Source: an uncultured Pseudomonadales bacterium (GTDB lineage: Bacteria; Pseudomonadota; Gammaproteobacteria; Pseudomonadales; UBA7434). From it: a DNA stretch of 64,000 nt. The DNA is taken from NCBI GenBank assembly GCA_905478995.1, contig CAJQKT010000086.1, forward strand, positions 3,284 through 67,283, given 5' to 3'. Numbering within the stretch: the first letter of the stretch is position 1; the number at the start of each line of letters is the position of its first letter. Position numbers and translations under genes: made by a program. Positions 9,341-20,135 of the stretch are shown one piece after another. A model generated the notes under the pieces. It saw only the letters and a list, made by a program, of their open reading frames with translations, ran no database searches and was not told the DNA's origin.

Positions 9341-11020
9341 ATGACCGCTCCAGCCTCATCACCTCGGCCAGCTCGCCCCACGAACCGTTTGTTAGGTTCA
9401 AGCTTGGTTGTTGGATCCATGACCATGCTCTCGCGGGTGATGGGGCTTTTGCGCGATGTGGTGATTGCTCGATTCTTTGGAGCGGGTGAAAATGCCGATG
9501 CCTTTTTTGTGGCCTTCCGAATCCCACAGTTTTTACGTAGATTGTTCGCTGAAGGCGCTTTCGCCCAAGCCTTTATTCCTGTGCTAGCTGAATATCGTAA
9601 TGCTCGCGAACAATCGGGTGATTTGGCAGCACTGCGTTTATTGGTGAATGCTGTGTGTGGTGTATTGGGTGGGACGCTATTGTTAATTACCAGTGTAGTG
9701 GTGATGTCTGCGCCCTTGGTTACGATGGTTTTCGCACCAGGCTTTATCAATCAGCCTGAAAAGTTTGAGTTAACCGTGGCGTTGTTGCGTATTACCTTTC
9801 CTTATTTATTGTTGATATCGCTTACTGGTTTTGCGGGGGCCATTCTCAACAGTTACGATCGGTTTGTAGTGCCGGCATTCACGCCGGTTTTGTTGAATGC
9901 GTCACTCATAGCATGCGCCTTGTGGCTGTCTCCGCATTTGGCTGAGCCGGTCTTCGCGTTGGCTTGGGGTGTGGTACTGGCAGGGTTTGCACAGTTGATG
10001 TTTCAGCTGCCATTTTTAGCCAAATTGCATTTGTTACCGCGGCCTACCTGGGACCCGAGCCATCCTGGTGTGCGTAAAATCATGCAGTTAATGCTGCCCG
10101 CTATTTTTGGTGTGTCGGTCAGTCAAATTAATTTATTGCTTGATACCGTGCTCGCCTCGTTTCTGCCTTCGGGTAGCGTGTCATGGCTTTACTATTCTGA
10201 TCGTTTGGCCGAGCTGCCCCTGGGTGTGTTTGGTATTGCTATTGCCACCGTCATTTTGCCAAGTTTGTCGCGCTTACAATTGGGTAGCCTTGTTGGGGAG
10301 GGCGTGGGGACACTGGAGCAGCAGCAGGCTAATACCGCTGTTGTAGAGCAGTTTCGCGATACCCTTGACTGGGGGTTGCGCTGTGTGGTGGTTATCGCTT
10401 TACCAGCTAGCTGTGCGTTGGTTTTGTTGGCGCAGCCCATTTTATACTTGCTATTTCAGTATCAGGCTATGACTCCGCTCGATGTGCAAATGTCGGCTCT
10501 GAGTATGCAAGCCTACGCATTGGGTTTACTGGCCTTTATGTCGATTAAAGTGCTAGCGACGGGTTACTTCGCTCAACAAGATATGAAAACCCCTGTGCGT
10601 ATTGGCATTATTGCGATGGTGGCAAATATGGGGCTCAATTTATTCTTGGTCGCTATTTTGCACTTTTATTTCCGCTTGGGGCATGTTGGCTTGGCGCTAG
10701 CGACTTCGCTGGCAGCTTTTTTGAATGCAGGGTTGCTCCTTCGTGGCTTATCTAATAGTCCGGCGATCCAGCGATTTATGGTTACAGGAGAGCACTTGCT
10801 TAGCGGCCAATTTTGGTGGTTGTTGCGCCAAACACTTTTGGCCACGCTGATCATGGGTTTGGCTTTGTACGGGGCATCTCCAGACTTATCTTTTTGGGCC
10901 GAGGCTTCTTTTTTGCAGCGCTTGGGCGAGGTGATGATTCTTTGTGCCGGCGGGTTGGCAAGCTATGTGGCGGTCTTGCTGTTACTCGGCGTGCGCGTCA
11001 GGCACTTTAGAGCTTCCTAG
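9341..11020 (+). CDS. murJ: Lipid II flippase MurJ (MviN)
   Basis: SRVMGLLRD, FRIPQFLRRLFAEGAF, DRLAELPLG; many TM segments; precedes ribF. Confidence 0.97.
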   Translation: MTAPASSPRPARPTNRLLGSSLVVGSMTMLSRVMGLLRDVVIARFFGAGENADAFFVAFRIPQFLRRLFAEGAFAQAFIPVLAEYRNAREQSGDLAALRLLVNAVCGVLGGTLLLITSVVVMSAPLVTMVFAPGFINQPEKFELTVALLRITFPYLLLISLTGFAGAILNSYDRFVVPAFTPVLLNASLIACALWLSPHLAEPVFALAWGVVLAGFAQLMFQLPFLAKLHLLPRPTWDPSHPGVRKIMQLMLPAIFGVSVSQINLLLDTVLASFLPSGSVSWLYYSDRLAELPLGVFGIAIATVILPSLSRLQLGSLVGEGVGTLEQQQANTAVVEQFRDTLDWGLRCVVVIALPASCALVLLAQPILYLLFQYQAMTPLDVQMSALSMQAYALGLLAFMSIKVLATGYFAQQDMKTPVRIGIIAMVANMGLNLFLVAILHFYFRLGHVGLALATSLAAFLNAGLLLRGLSNSPAIQRFMVTGEHLLSGQFWWLLRQTLLATLIMGLALYGASPDLSFWAEASFLQRLGEVMILCAGGLASYVAVLLLLGVRVRHFRAS

Positions 11021-11245
11021 CCTCGATAATGGCATGTAATCGCAGACTTTATACAGATTTAAAAGCTGCGGCAGATGATCTGCGTATATAATTTACCGCC
11101 TTGTCTTATGTTCGGTTAAGTCGACTGTCGGTCTCAATTAACTTGGCCTTTATAAGATGAATGTAGAGGGCTGAGAGCATTGCCAGCGAGCAACTTCATC
11201 GGGTAAGGGTGAGTCGCGAAACCAACAGTACAGGAAAATAATAGC

Positions 11246-12220
11246 GTGCAAATAATTCGGGGGCTACACAACCTTTTTGGGCGCTACCAACATGCGCTGC
11301 CCAATGGTTGTGTGGCGACGATGGGTGCGTTTGATGGGCTGCACAAAGGGCATAGGGCTGTTCTTGATCACTTGGTTGAAGTGGGTGCGCGCATGCAGCT
11401 ACCTTCTGTTGTGGTCATACTAGAGCCGCTGCCTAGAGAATATTTTGCGCCATTGGATGCGCCGTCACGGTTAATGAGCTTTCGTGAGAAGGTTGAGGGC
11501 TTTGCGGCGCTTGGCATCGATTTTTTACTCGTGGTCAGGTTCGATGATGGTGTGCGCAATACGGAAGCTGCCGATTTTATCGAGCGGGTCTTTGTGCAAG
11601 GCTTGGCAACCGTCCACTTAGTCATGGGCGATGACTCGCAATTTGGGCGCAGTGGCAGTGGTGATTACAAATTATTGGAGTCTCTGGGTCGACAGCATGC
11701 GTTTAGCGTCGAGCCTACGCCTACCTTTGAATTTGCTGGTGGCAGGGTGTCGAGTACACGCATTCGCGAGTTATTGGAGCATGGCGAATTTGCACAGGCA
11801 GAGGAATTGCTTGGTAGGGCTTACAGCATTTCGGGAAAGGTGATCTATGGCCGGCAGCTGGGTCGAGAACTCGGCGCGCCTACAGCAAATATTAGCTTGC
11901 ACCGGATTCAGGCGGCTATGGCAGGTGTTTATGCGGTTGAGGCCCGACTCGTTAATTCATCTCAGTCGGTACTCGAAATGCCAAGTGACTGGATGACAGG
12001 TGTTGCTAACGTTGGTGTTAGGCCAACGGTAGATGCAAATGTTAAAGCCATTCTCGAGGTCCACTTAATCGATTTTCAGGGGGACCTGTATGGCCGGCAA
12101 ATGGAAGTGCGGTTTTTACATAAAATTAGAGATGAGCAGCGTTTTAGCGATGTTACACAGCTGCAATCGCAAATTGAACGCGATGTGGCAGATACAAGAT
12201 CTTGGTTTGGCGCAAATTAA
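11246..12220 (+). CDS. ribF: Bifunctional riboflavin kinase/FAD synthetase
   Basis: GAFDGLHKGH, VSSTRIR, GRELGAPTAN, GVRPT, LEVHL. Confidence 0.97.
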   Translation: MQIIRGLHNLFGRYQHALPNGCVATMGAFDGLHKGHRAVLDHLVEVGARMQLPSVVVILEPLPREYFAPLDAPSRLMSFREKVEGFAALGIDFLLVVRFDDGVRNTEAADFIERVFVQGLATVHLVMGDDSQFGRSGSGDYKLLESLGRQHAFSVEPTPTFEFAGGRVSSTRIRELLEHGEFAQAEELLGRAYSISGKVIYGRQLGRELGAPTANISLHRIQAAMAGVYAVEARLVNSSQSVLEMPSDWMTGVANVGVRPTVDANVKAILEVHLIDFQGDLYGRQMEVRFLHKIRDEQRFSDVTQLQSQIERDVADTRSWFGAN

Positions 12221-12263
12221 CGGGCGCTGGTTAAATAATTTTTTTTAATGATTTAAATTAGTT

Positions 12264-15107
12264 ATGAGTGAAGATAAAAACCAATACAAGCATACCTTAA
12301 ACTTGCCTAGCACAGGGTTCCCCATGAAGGCGAATCTGGCTCAGCGTGAGCCTGCGAGACTCAAAAATTGGTATGCAAAAAACACCTATCAGAAAATTCG
12401 TGAAAAGTTTTCTGGGAGAGAGCAGTTCATATTACATGATGGGCCGCCGTATGCTAACGGCGATATTCATATTGGCCATGCGGTTAATAAAATTCTTAAA
12501 GACATTATTGTCAAAGCAAAAACTTTGCAGGGTTTTGATGCGCCCTACGTGCCTGGCTGGGATTGTCATGGCTTGCCTATAGAGCACAAGGTTGAGACCA
12601 AAGTAGGTAAGGCAGGCGTAAAAATTGATCATGCCCAATTCCGTAGTAAATGTCGCGAATACGCCCGAAAACAGGTTGATGGCCAGCGCAAAGATTTCAT
12701 CCGGCTGGGGGTGTTGGGTGACTGGGATAATCCCTACCTTACAATGAATTATGACACTGAGGCTAACATAGTCAGAGCGTTAGGAAAGATTGTTGAGCGT
12801 GGTCATTTGGTACGAGGATTTAAGCCGGTTTATTGGAGCGTTGTGGGTGGTTCCGCGCTAGCTGAAGCTGAAGTTGAATATCAAGACAAGACTTCTTTCG
12901 CGATTGATGTGGCCTTTACAGTGGCTAATGCTAAACAATTTTCTGGTTTGGCAGGAGGTATTGATGGCGGCGGCGAAATCGCCGTGGTTATCTGGACTAC
13001 AACGCCATGGACCTTGCCTGCCAATCAGGCCGTATCGCTCAATGCAGAGCTTGATTATATAGCGGTAGAGTGTGCACCCGAGTCTATGGGTGGGCATGTT
13101 CGTCGCTTAGTGGTGGCTGAGGCTTTGCTTGAGTCTTTACTCAAGCGCTACCAATTAAATGAATATCGTATTGTGGGCCGATTCACAGGCCAAGCCGTTG
13201 AGCACCAATTGCTGGAACATCCTTTTTACGACAAGCAGGTCCCGATTATTTTAGGTGATCACGTCACAACTGATGCCGGCACCGGTTGTGTGCATACCGC
13301 TCCAGACCATGGCGTTGACGATTTTGTGGTGGCGCAACGCTACGGTATCGAAACGCTTAACTTAGTTGGCGGTAACGGTGTATATAGTGAACGCACCGAG
13401 CGGTTTGCGGGCGAGCACGTTTATAAAGTTGATCAGTCTATTGTTGAGTTACTGCGCGAAAAAAATTGCCTGTGTGCAGATGAAAAAATCACGCACAGCT
13501 TTCCTCATTGTTGGAGAACTAAAACGCCGCTAATTTTTCGTGCAACGCCACAGTGGTTTATTGGTATGCAGCAGAAAAATCTTCTCGATGAAGTTAAGCG
13601 CGCGTGTGATTTAGTGCAGTGGGTTCCGGATTGGGGGCGAGCCCGTATGGACGGTATGTTAGCTAGCAGTCCCGATTGGTGTATTTCGCGTCAGCGTACT
13701 TGGGGTGTGCCCATAACGTTATTTGTGCATAAAGATACTCAAGAGCTACACCCCAACACTATTGAGCTGGTGGAGCAGGTTGCCCAGCGCATAGAGTCTA
13801 CTGGCATTGAAGCGTGGTTCGAGCTTGAGGCCGCCGAACTGTTGGGTGCTGATGCTGACCAATATACGAAAGTTACTGACACGCTAGATGTGTGGTTTGA
13901 TTCAGGTGTCACCCATTATTCAGTACTGCGTCAGACCAAAGGTTTACGTTACCCTGCCGACCTCTACTTAGAAGGCTCCGATCAGCATCGAGGCTGGTTT
14001 CAATCCTCATTAAAAACCTCTATGGCTATGCACGGAACGCCGCCTTATAAGGCAGTGCTTACCCATGGCTTCGTGGTTGATGCTGAAGGCAAAAAGATGT
14101 CAAAGTCGACTGGCAATATTGTTGCGCCGCAAACAGTCATGAATGAATTGGGTGCAGATGTATTGCGCTTGTGGGTCGCGGCCACCGATTTTAGTTCCGA
14201 GATGTCCGTCTCGACTGAAATATTAAAGCGTGTGGCCGATTCTTATCGACGCATTCGTAACACCGCGCGATTTTTGTTGTCGAATCTCGATGGCTTTGAT
14301 CCAGCTACCGATTTAGTGCCTAACGAAAATCTTTTGTTACTAGATCGGTGGGCGATTACGAGAGCGGCGCAAATGCAAGAAGAAATTATGCAAGCGTATA
14401 ATGATTACCAGTTGCACCATATTTATCAAAAATTACATAATTTTTGCGTCGTAGATCTGGGTGGAATTTATCTCGATATTATCAAGGATCGGCAGTACAC
14501 CACACAAACCAATAGTTTGGCGCGGCGTTCGGCGCAAACGGCGCTGTATCATACAATTGAAGCGTTCACTCGATGGATCGCTCCGATTTTGAGTTTTACT
14601 GCTGATGAGTTGCATGAATTTATTCCGGGGCAGCGTAGCGACTCGATTTTTCTTGAAGAGAATTATGCGGGAGTCTCTAATCTGCTGGATCCGGAGGCCA
14701 ATGAGGCGCAGCTTATGGACGTGTTGTGTGCCGTTAAAGTTGCAGTGAATAAGGCTCTTGAGAGTAAGCGCGGAGAAGGAGAGCTGGGTGGCTCGCTGGA
14801 GGCAGAAGTGGTCTTGTATGCTAATGCAGATATTGCCGGGCACCTCAAAACCTTAGGCGATGAATTGCGTTTTGCACTTATCACCTCGGCCGCTAGTGTT
14901 GTCGAGGGTATTGACAACGCTCCGGCTGGCGCGTTGGCTACTGAGATGGATGGACTGCTGTTGGTGGTCGCGAAGAGTGAGCATGGAAAATGCTCGCGCT
15001 GTTGGCACTTGCGGCCAGAGGTGGGGTCGATAGCTGCTCATCTGGCTCTGTGTCAGCGCTGTGTCGATAATGTCGATGGTGAAGGTGAAACACGGAGCTT
15101 CGCTTAA
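12264..15107 (+). CDS. ileS: Isoleucine--tRNA ligase
   Basis: [32 protein letters not shown]-terminal CSRC...CQRC zinc finger. Confidence 0.99.
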   Translation: MSEDKNQYKHTLNLPSTGFPMKANLAQREPARLKNWYAKNTYQKIREKFSGREQFILHDGPPYANGDIHIGHAVNKILKDIIVKAKTLQGFDAPYVPGWDCHGLPIEHKVETKVGKAGVKIDHAQFRSKCREYARKQVDGQRKDFIRLGVLGDWDNPYLTMNYDTEANIVRALGKIVERGHLVRGFKPVYWSVVGGSALAEAEVEYQDKTSFAIDVAFTVANAKQFSGLAGGIDGGGEIAVVIWTTTPWTLPANQAVSLNAELDYIAVECAPESMGGHVRRLVVAEALLESLLKRYQLNEYRIVGRFTGQAVEHQLLEHPFYDKQVPIILGDHVTTDAGTGCVHTAPDHGVDDFVVAQRYGIETLNLVGGNGVYSERTERFAGEHVYKVDQSIVELLREKNCLCADEKITHSFPHCWRTKTPLIFRATPQWFIGMQQKNLLDEVKRACDLVQWVPDWGRARMDGMLASSPDWCISRQRTWGVPITLFVHKDTQELHPNTIELVEQVAQRIESTGIEAWFELEAAELLGADADQYTKVTDTLDVWFDSGVTHYSVLRQTKGLRYPADLYLEGSDQHRGWFQSSLKTSMAMHGTPPYKAVLTHGFVVDAEGKKMSKSTGNIVAPQTVMNELGADVLRLWVAATDFSSEMSVSTEILKRVADSYRRIRNTARFLLSNLDGFDPATDLVPNENLLLLDRWAITRAAQMQEEIMQAYNDYQLHHIYQKLHNFCVVDLGGIYLDIIKDRQYTTQTNSLARRSAQTALYHTIEAFTRWIAPILSFTADELHEFIPGQRSDSIFLEENYAGVSNLLDPEANEAQLMDVLCAVKVAVNKALESKRGEGELGGSLEAEVVLYANADIAGHLKTLGDELRFALITSAASVVEGIDNAPAGALATEMDGLLLVVAKSEHGKCSRCWHLRPEVGSIAAHLALCQRCVDNVDGEGETRSFA

Positions 15108-15628
15108 TGCTTCCAGTTTTAAAAATGAGTACCGCCCGCTGGTGGTATCTATTGGCACTGATTATTATTACGCTTGATCAGTTGAGTAAGTACTGGGTTC
15201 AGGCTAATTTTGAACTCTACGAACGCCTGCCATTGCTTTCTTTTCTTGATTTTACGCTGGTTTATAATGAGGGCGCGGCTTGGAGCTTTCTCAGTGATGC
15301 CGGCGGATGGCAGCGCTGGTTGTTTACTGCGATTTCCTTGGGTGTAAGCGTGGTGTTAGTGGTTTGGATGGCTCGCCTGCAGGGAAACCAGCATTTATTA
15401 TTGATTGCGTTGACTTTTATTCTTGGGGGCGCCGTAGGTAATTTAATAGACCGCGTGCTGCTGGGTAAGGTGGTCGACTTTGTATTGGTCTACTATCGCG
15501 ATTGGTATTTCCCGGCTTTTAATGTTGCCGATGCAGCCATTTCTTTAGGGGCTGCTTTTATGTTGCTTGATATGTTTATTAATCGTGGTGATGTCGATAA
15601 TCATGCGCAAGAAAAAACGGCGTCATAA
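15107..15628 (+). CDS. lspA: Signal peptidase II
   Basis: DQLSK, NEGAAWS, GNLIDR, VVDF, FNVAD; TAATG overlap with ileS. Confidence 0.97.
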   Translation: MLPVLKMSTARWWYLLALIIITLDQLSKYWVQANFELYERLPLLSFLDFTLVYNEGAAWSFLSDAGGWQRWLFTAISLGVSVVLVVWMARLQGNQHLLLIALTFILGGAVGNLIDRVLLGKVVDFVLVYYRDWYFPAFNVADAAISLGAAFMLLDMFINRGDVDNHAQEKTAS

Positions 15629-15637
15629 CGATGAATT

Positions 15638-16087
15638 TTGGGGCAGTACTGTAAAGTGAATATCGTAAAAAAAGAGGGCGCAGTGATGATGAATTTTTCG
15701 TTGTGCCTTGCCGGTGGTGAAATTATAGACTCGAATTACGATCAACCGGCAGTGAAATATGTGTTCGGTTCAGGCGATATGCTCGAAGGGTTTGAACGTC
15801 AGCTATTGGGTATGAGTGTTGGCGAAGAGAAGCATTGCGTCGTGGTTGCTTCGGATGCGTTTGGTGAGCATCGCGAAGAAAACTTACAAAAGTTTAAACA
15901 TAGCCACTTCGATAAAAGTATTGAACTGCGTCAAGGTTTGGTTGTTTCATTTACCGATGCTGCTGGGGCTGAGTTGCCCGGCGTTGTGGCGTCTATTGAT
16001 GAGGCCCATGTTGAGGTAGACTTCAATCATCCACTGGCTGGTAAGGATATTGAATTCAATGTCACCATCCATGAAATTTTAGTGTAA
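15638..16087 (+). CDS. fkpB: FKBP-type PPIase (SlpA/FkpB)
   Basis: [10 protein letters not shown] motif; lies between lspA and ispH; start uncertain. Confidence 0.9.
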   Translation: MGQYCKVNIVKKEGAVMMNFSLCLAGGEIIDSNYDQPAVKYVFGSGDMLEGFERQLLGMSVGEEKHCVVVASDAFGEHREENLQKFKHSHFDKSIELRQGLVVSFTDAAGAELPGVVASIDEAHVEVDFNHPLAGKDIEFNVTIHEILV

Positions 16088-16097
16088 CGGTATTTTT

Positions 16098-17042
16098 ATG
16101 CAGCTTAAACTTGCTAATCCACGTGGATTTTGCGCCGGCGTTGATCGAGCAATCGATATTGTAAACCGCGCCCTCGATGTATTTGGTGCGCCCATTTATG
16201 TGCGCCATGAAGTGGTGCACAATAAATTCGTGGTCGACACTTTGCGTGAGCGTGGTGCAATTTTTGTTGATGAGCTGGTTGAAATCCCCGACGATGTTAT
16301 TGTCATTTTTAGCGCGCATGGTGTTTCGCGCGCAGTGCGCGAAGAGGCTGAGCAAAGGGGGCTGAAAATATTTGATGCCACTTGCCCACTGGTCACCAAG
16401 GTGCATATGGAGGTCGTACGACATAGCCGCCAGGGCGAAGAGTGCATTTTGATAGGCCATCAGGGCCATCCCGAGGTTGAGGGCACTATGGGTCAATACG
16501 ACAAAAGTAACGGTGGCGATGTTTATCTCGTTGAGACGGTTCAAGACGTTGAGTCCTTGCAAGTTCGCAATCCAGAGTCTTTGTTTTATGTCACCCAGAC
16601 GACGTTATCGATGGATGATACCGCTTTGGTGATCGATGCTCTGCGTGCTCGCTTCCCGGCTGTTCAGGGTCCTAAAAAAGATGACATTTGTTACGCCACA
16701 CAAAATCGCCAAGATGCCGTGCGTGAGTTGGCGTCTGCATGTGATTTACTGTTGGTGGTCGGTTCGCCTAATAGCTCCAATTCAAACCGGCTCTCTGAGC
16801 TGGCCGAGCGCTCAGGCACCGAGGCACATTTGATCGATTCAGCACAGGATATTCAACACGCTTGGTTAGAGGGCAAGCAGTGTGTGGGTATTACTGCTGG
16901 AGCCTCCGCGCCGGAGGTTTTAGTGCAGCAGGTGATCAATTATTTGCGCGAACAAGGTGCCCATGCGCCCTTGGAGCAGGCAGGCAGACCAGAAACCATT
17001 ACGTTTTCTATGCCCAAGGAATTGCGCCTAGTCGAGCAGTGA
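16098..17042 (+). CDS. ispH: 4-hydroxy-3-methylbut-2-enyl diphosphate reductase
   Basis: [33 protein letters not shown]. Confidence 0.99.
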   Translation: MQLKLANPRGFCAGVDRAIDIVNRALDVFGAPIYVRHEVVHNKFVVDTLRERGAIFVDELVEIPDDVIVIFSAHGVSRAVREEAEQRGLKIFDATCPLVTKVHMEVVRHSRQGEECILIGHQGHPEVEGTMGQYDKSNGGDVYLVETVQDVESLQVRNPESLFYVTQTTLSMDDTALVIDALRARFPAVQGPKKDDICYATQNRQDAVRELASACDLLLVVGSPNSSNSNRLSELAERSGTEAHLIDSAQDIQHAWLEGKQCVGITAGASAPEVLVQQVINYLREQGAHAPLEQAGRPETITFSMPKELRLVEQ

Positions 17043-17324
17043 GCAGCGTCTGCGTAATGGCCTTTGTGAATCAGTGAATGCTAGTCACAATATAGCCGTC
17101 TATTTCTGAAAAATAAGCTCATCAAGCTTCAATGTGTCCCGAGTATCGCACTAAGCTCGGTTGGCGCTTGTCTTGGTCTACGTTTGTCAGCCAATTTATA
17201 CCGCTCAGGCGGCATCAGCTAGCGCTCAAGCCATTTCTCAACAACACTTAGCTTTGTCTATGAAAAGAATTGCCTGTGGTCTAATTCCCACTCCGCTGCA
17301 GGCTCTTTATTGAACAAGGTGCCA

Positions 17325-17897
17325 ATGGCTAAGCAATCGCCCTCACAGCAAATGTCTACGTTATCTCGGTTAGCGCCTACAGTGTCGCGCGGCTTTACTC
17401 TGCTAGAACTCATGGTCGTGTTGGCTATCGCGGGTATTCTGGCAGCTGTGGCCGGTCCAAGCTTTCAAAGCATGATCAAAAGTAGTGGTGTGATCACCGA
17501 GAGGGATCAGCTTGCCACCGCGGTGAAAATGACACGAGGTGAGGCGATCTATCGCAAAACATCGGCTACTTTGTGTGCCAGCAACGATCAGGCATCTTGC
17601 TCGGCTGACGCTGACTGGAAAGACGGCTGGATTATTTTTTCTGATGACGATGGCGATGGTACCTTCGATGCTGGCGACGACACGCTAATCGATGTCAGTT
17701 ATGGCAATACATCGCTGCGTGTTGGCAATGATGGCAGTGGCGGTATGCTGACTTTCTCGCCAAGTGGTATGAAAATCCCCGCGGGCTCTGTTGTGGTTGG
17801 CTTTTGCGATGAGGATAGTGCTTCCAACGTCACAGGCCATGCCTTTACCGTCAGCTCAGTTGGCGGCGTGCGCTACGAGGGTGATCCGGGCTGTTAG
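17325..17897 (+). CDS. GspH/FimT-family minor pilin (FimU-like)
   Basis: Prepilin motif RG|FTLLELMVV; WKDGWIIFSD; first gene of the pilVWXY cluster. Confidence 0.85.
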   Translation: MAKQSPSQQMSTLSRLAPTVSRGFTLLELMVVLAIAGILAAVAGPSFQSMIKSSGVITERDQLATAVKMTRGEAIYRKTSATLCASNDQASCSADADWKDGWIIFSDDDGDGTFDAGDDTLIDVSYGNTSLRVGNDGSGGMLTFSPSGMKIPAGSVVVGFCDEDSASNVTGHAFTVSSVGGVRYEGDPGC

Positions 17898-17954
17898 TCC
17901 AGCCAAAGTGTAGTTTCCTCATGTCTTTTTAATAACTTAGCAGCGATATCAACT

Positions 17955-18506
17955 ATGTCTGTTCAACGATTACCGAACTTATCACAAATAGCCAAAGCAC
18001 ACGGTTTTACGCTAATAGAGGTGATGGTTACCGTCTTCATTCTTTCAGTTGGCATTTTAGGTGTGGCTGGGATGCAGGCAGTTAGTGTGCGCGAGTCAGG
18101 TAATACTTATCATCGCACGCAAGCTGATTTGTTAGTGGGTGATATTGTAGACCGAATGCGCGCTAATCGTAATGAGTCCCGCTTGGGTGCGGCCAGCGGT
18201 TATCTTGCCGATCCAGCTACCGCAGCGGCGACCGATTGTTCAAGTGATATTTGTGACGAGGCGACGCTGGCTACTTATGATTTATATCAATGGCGCCAAG
18301 CCATACAGCGATCTAATTTACCGGCCGGGATGTCTAATGTTTTATTTGTACAAGATATTAGTGATGCCTCTGGCGCAGTTATAGTTGGCTCAGTTTTTAC
18401 GGTGCAGGTTTTTTGGGACGAAAATCGTGATGGTGATAGAGGGCAAGGTTGCGATCCTAGTGATGCTGCGGATATGTCATGCACGAGCTTGACGATTCAG
18501 ATTTAA
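17955..18506 (+). CDS. pilV: Type IV pilus minor pilin PilV
   Basis: HG|FTLIEVMV, GILGVAGMQ, DRMRAN, DLYQW. Confidence 0.92.
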   Translation: MSVQRLPNLSQIAKAHGFTLIEVMVTVFILSVGILGVAGMQAVSVRESGNTYHRTQADLLVGDIVDRMRANRNESRLGAASGYLADPATAAATDCSSDICDEATLATYDLYQWRQAIQRSNLPAGMSNVLFVQDISDASGAVIVGSVFTVQVFWDENRDGDRGQGCDPSDAADMSCTSLTIQI

Positions 18507-18600
18507 ACTGTATTTGGTTCACTCTCAAGTATTGAGGTGACGCTAATCAAGCACGGTTTTTGTCATAGGAACTAACAGTGCAACGTGATTTTAAGTAGGA

Positions 18601-19515
18601 ATGAAACTTGTGAGAAAGAATGTGTGTGCAAAAGAAACTAAAAGAGGTGCTAGCCAATCTCATCAGCGTGGCGTAACTCTCATTGAGCTCTTGGTTGCGT
18701 TGGTTATCGGGCTTTTTTTAGTGGTTGGGATGTTGCAGGTATTTGTTGGCAGCCGGCAGTCGTTAGATGTGATTAGGGCGCAGTCTTCAATGCAGGAGGC
18801 GGCCCGGTTTGGTTTTAATTTTATGTCGAAGGCGACTAGGCAAGCCGGATATCTTAACGCCGGGGCCATGACGAATAACGATTTGTTTGCCGCTGAGCTA
18901 GTCAATAAATTTCAGATGGTGGAGTACAGTGAAGATTTAAAGCCTTGGGTCGATGAGATCTGGGCAGCTCAGGACAACTTTGTTGCGTTGGGTTTAATTA
19001 GTGGAGAAGACAATTTTTCTGGTGCGGTAGCTGGGGTCGATGTGGCGGCTGATACCGATGTATTGCGCGTGCGTTTGCAGGGTGATCCTGACGGTTTGAT
19101 GGCTGATTGCGAGGGGATAGATTTAACTACCGACAGCAATTTATACGTCAACATGACGTTTTTTATTAGTCAAGATGATCAGTTGTATTGTCGTGTTTTT
19201 GATGGCTCTGCCAATAGGTCGCCAGTGGCTTTAGTTTCGGGCATAGAGAATATGCAAATTCAGTATGGGGTGGCTACTGATCCTGGCAGTCGGTTTGTCG
19301 TTACTCAGTATGTCACGGGCGATGCTGTGGTCGATTGGACTCGTGTAATGACTGTGCGCGTTGCTATATTGGCGGTGTCAGATAATGAGCCCCTTGATCG
19401 CAGTGCGCAGCAATATGATTTGCTAGATGAAGAGGGGCTCTCTTTCAGCGATGGTAAAGCGCGACAGGTGTTTACCCAAACTATTGCTTTGCGAGGCAAT
19501 TTATCTAATGGTTAA
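18601..19515 (+). CDS. pilW: Type IV pilus minor pilin PilW
   Basis: RG|VTLIELLVAL, MQEAARF, LVSGIENMQIQYG, TIALR. Confidence 0.92.
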   Translation: MKLVRKNVCAKETKRGASQSHQRGVTLIELLVALVIGLFLVVGMLQVFVGSRQSLDVIRAQSSMQEAARFGFNFMSKATRQAGYLNAGAMTNNDLFAAELVNKFQMVEYSEDLKPWVDEIWAAQDNFVALGLISGEDNFSGAVAGVDVAADTDVLRVRLQGDPDGLMADCEGIDLTTDSNLYVNMTFFISQDDQLYCRVFDGSANRSPVALVSGIENMQIQYGVATDPGSRFVVTQYVTGDAVVDWTRVMTVRVAILAVSDNEPLDRSAQQYDLLDEEGLSFSDGKARQVFTQTIALRGNLSNG

Positions 19516-20095
19516 TTTCAGACAGGAAAAAATGGTGAAGGAGTGTTCACTTAACGAGAGTCTCAACTCCTCAATGGTTAGTAGAGCTCGCCAGCAAGGT
19601 GCCGTCTTACTGACAGGATTGGTTTTGTTATTTGTCATCACCTTGTTGGGTGTGAGCGGTATGCAATCGGTTACCTTAGACGAGCGTATTATTAGCAATA
19701 TGCAAAGCGCAAGCTTAGCTTTTCATGGTGCCGAGGCGGCCTTGTCAAACTGTGAGGCCAATGTGCAGGCTCAGCTGGGCAGCGTGTATGCTTATGGGTC
19801 TTTCCCTGCCGATTGGTGGGACAACGAAAATTTTTGGGCTAGCACAGGTGAGGAAACCACATTTGTCGGTCAGGTTGTGCAGTCACCGCGCTGTGTCATT
19901 GAGTATATCGGTGATGGTGCGGCCAGCAGCGAGCTTAATTATGCGCCTACAAATTCAGCCTCGAGTCGGCCCACTTATCGAGTAACGGCCTATTCAAAAG
20001 GTGGTGACTCGGCGACTGAGGCGGTGCTTGAAAGTGTATTTATATGCCCTGGTGGTTGTTTTACCGCAGCTGATCTTTCGCAGTATGGCGGTTAA
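19508..20095 (+). CDS. pilX: Type IV pilus minor pilin PilX
   Basis: QQGAVL (no Glu5), AFHGAEAAL, VIEY, YRVTA; ATG overlaps the pilW stop. Confidence 0.9.
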   Translation: MVNFRQEKMVKECSLNESLNSSMVSRARQQGAVLLTGLVLLFVITLLGVSGMQSVTLDERIISNMQSASLAFHGAEAALSNCEANVQAQLGSVYAYGSFPADWWDNENFWASTGEETTFVGQVVQSPRCVIEYIGDGAASSELNYAPTNSASSRPTYRVTAYSKGGDSATEAVLESVFICPGGCFTAADLSQYGG

Positions 20096-20135
20096 TAGCA
20101 TTCCTGTTTAGTCAAACGGTTGGGTTGGAGAAGGC

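Noticed and set aside
11021-11245. Possible FMN riboswitch before ribF
   Set aside because: No conserved RFN core sequences are visible
17161-17178. Sigma-54-like TGGCGC-N5-TTGG upstream of the fimU-like gene
   Set aside because: It lacks the conserved -12 GC
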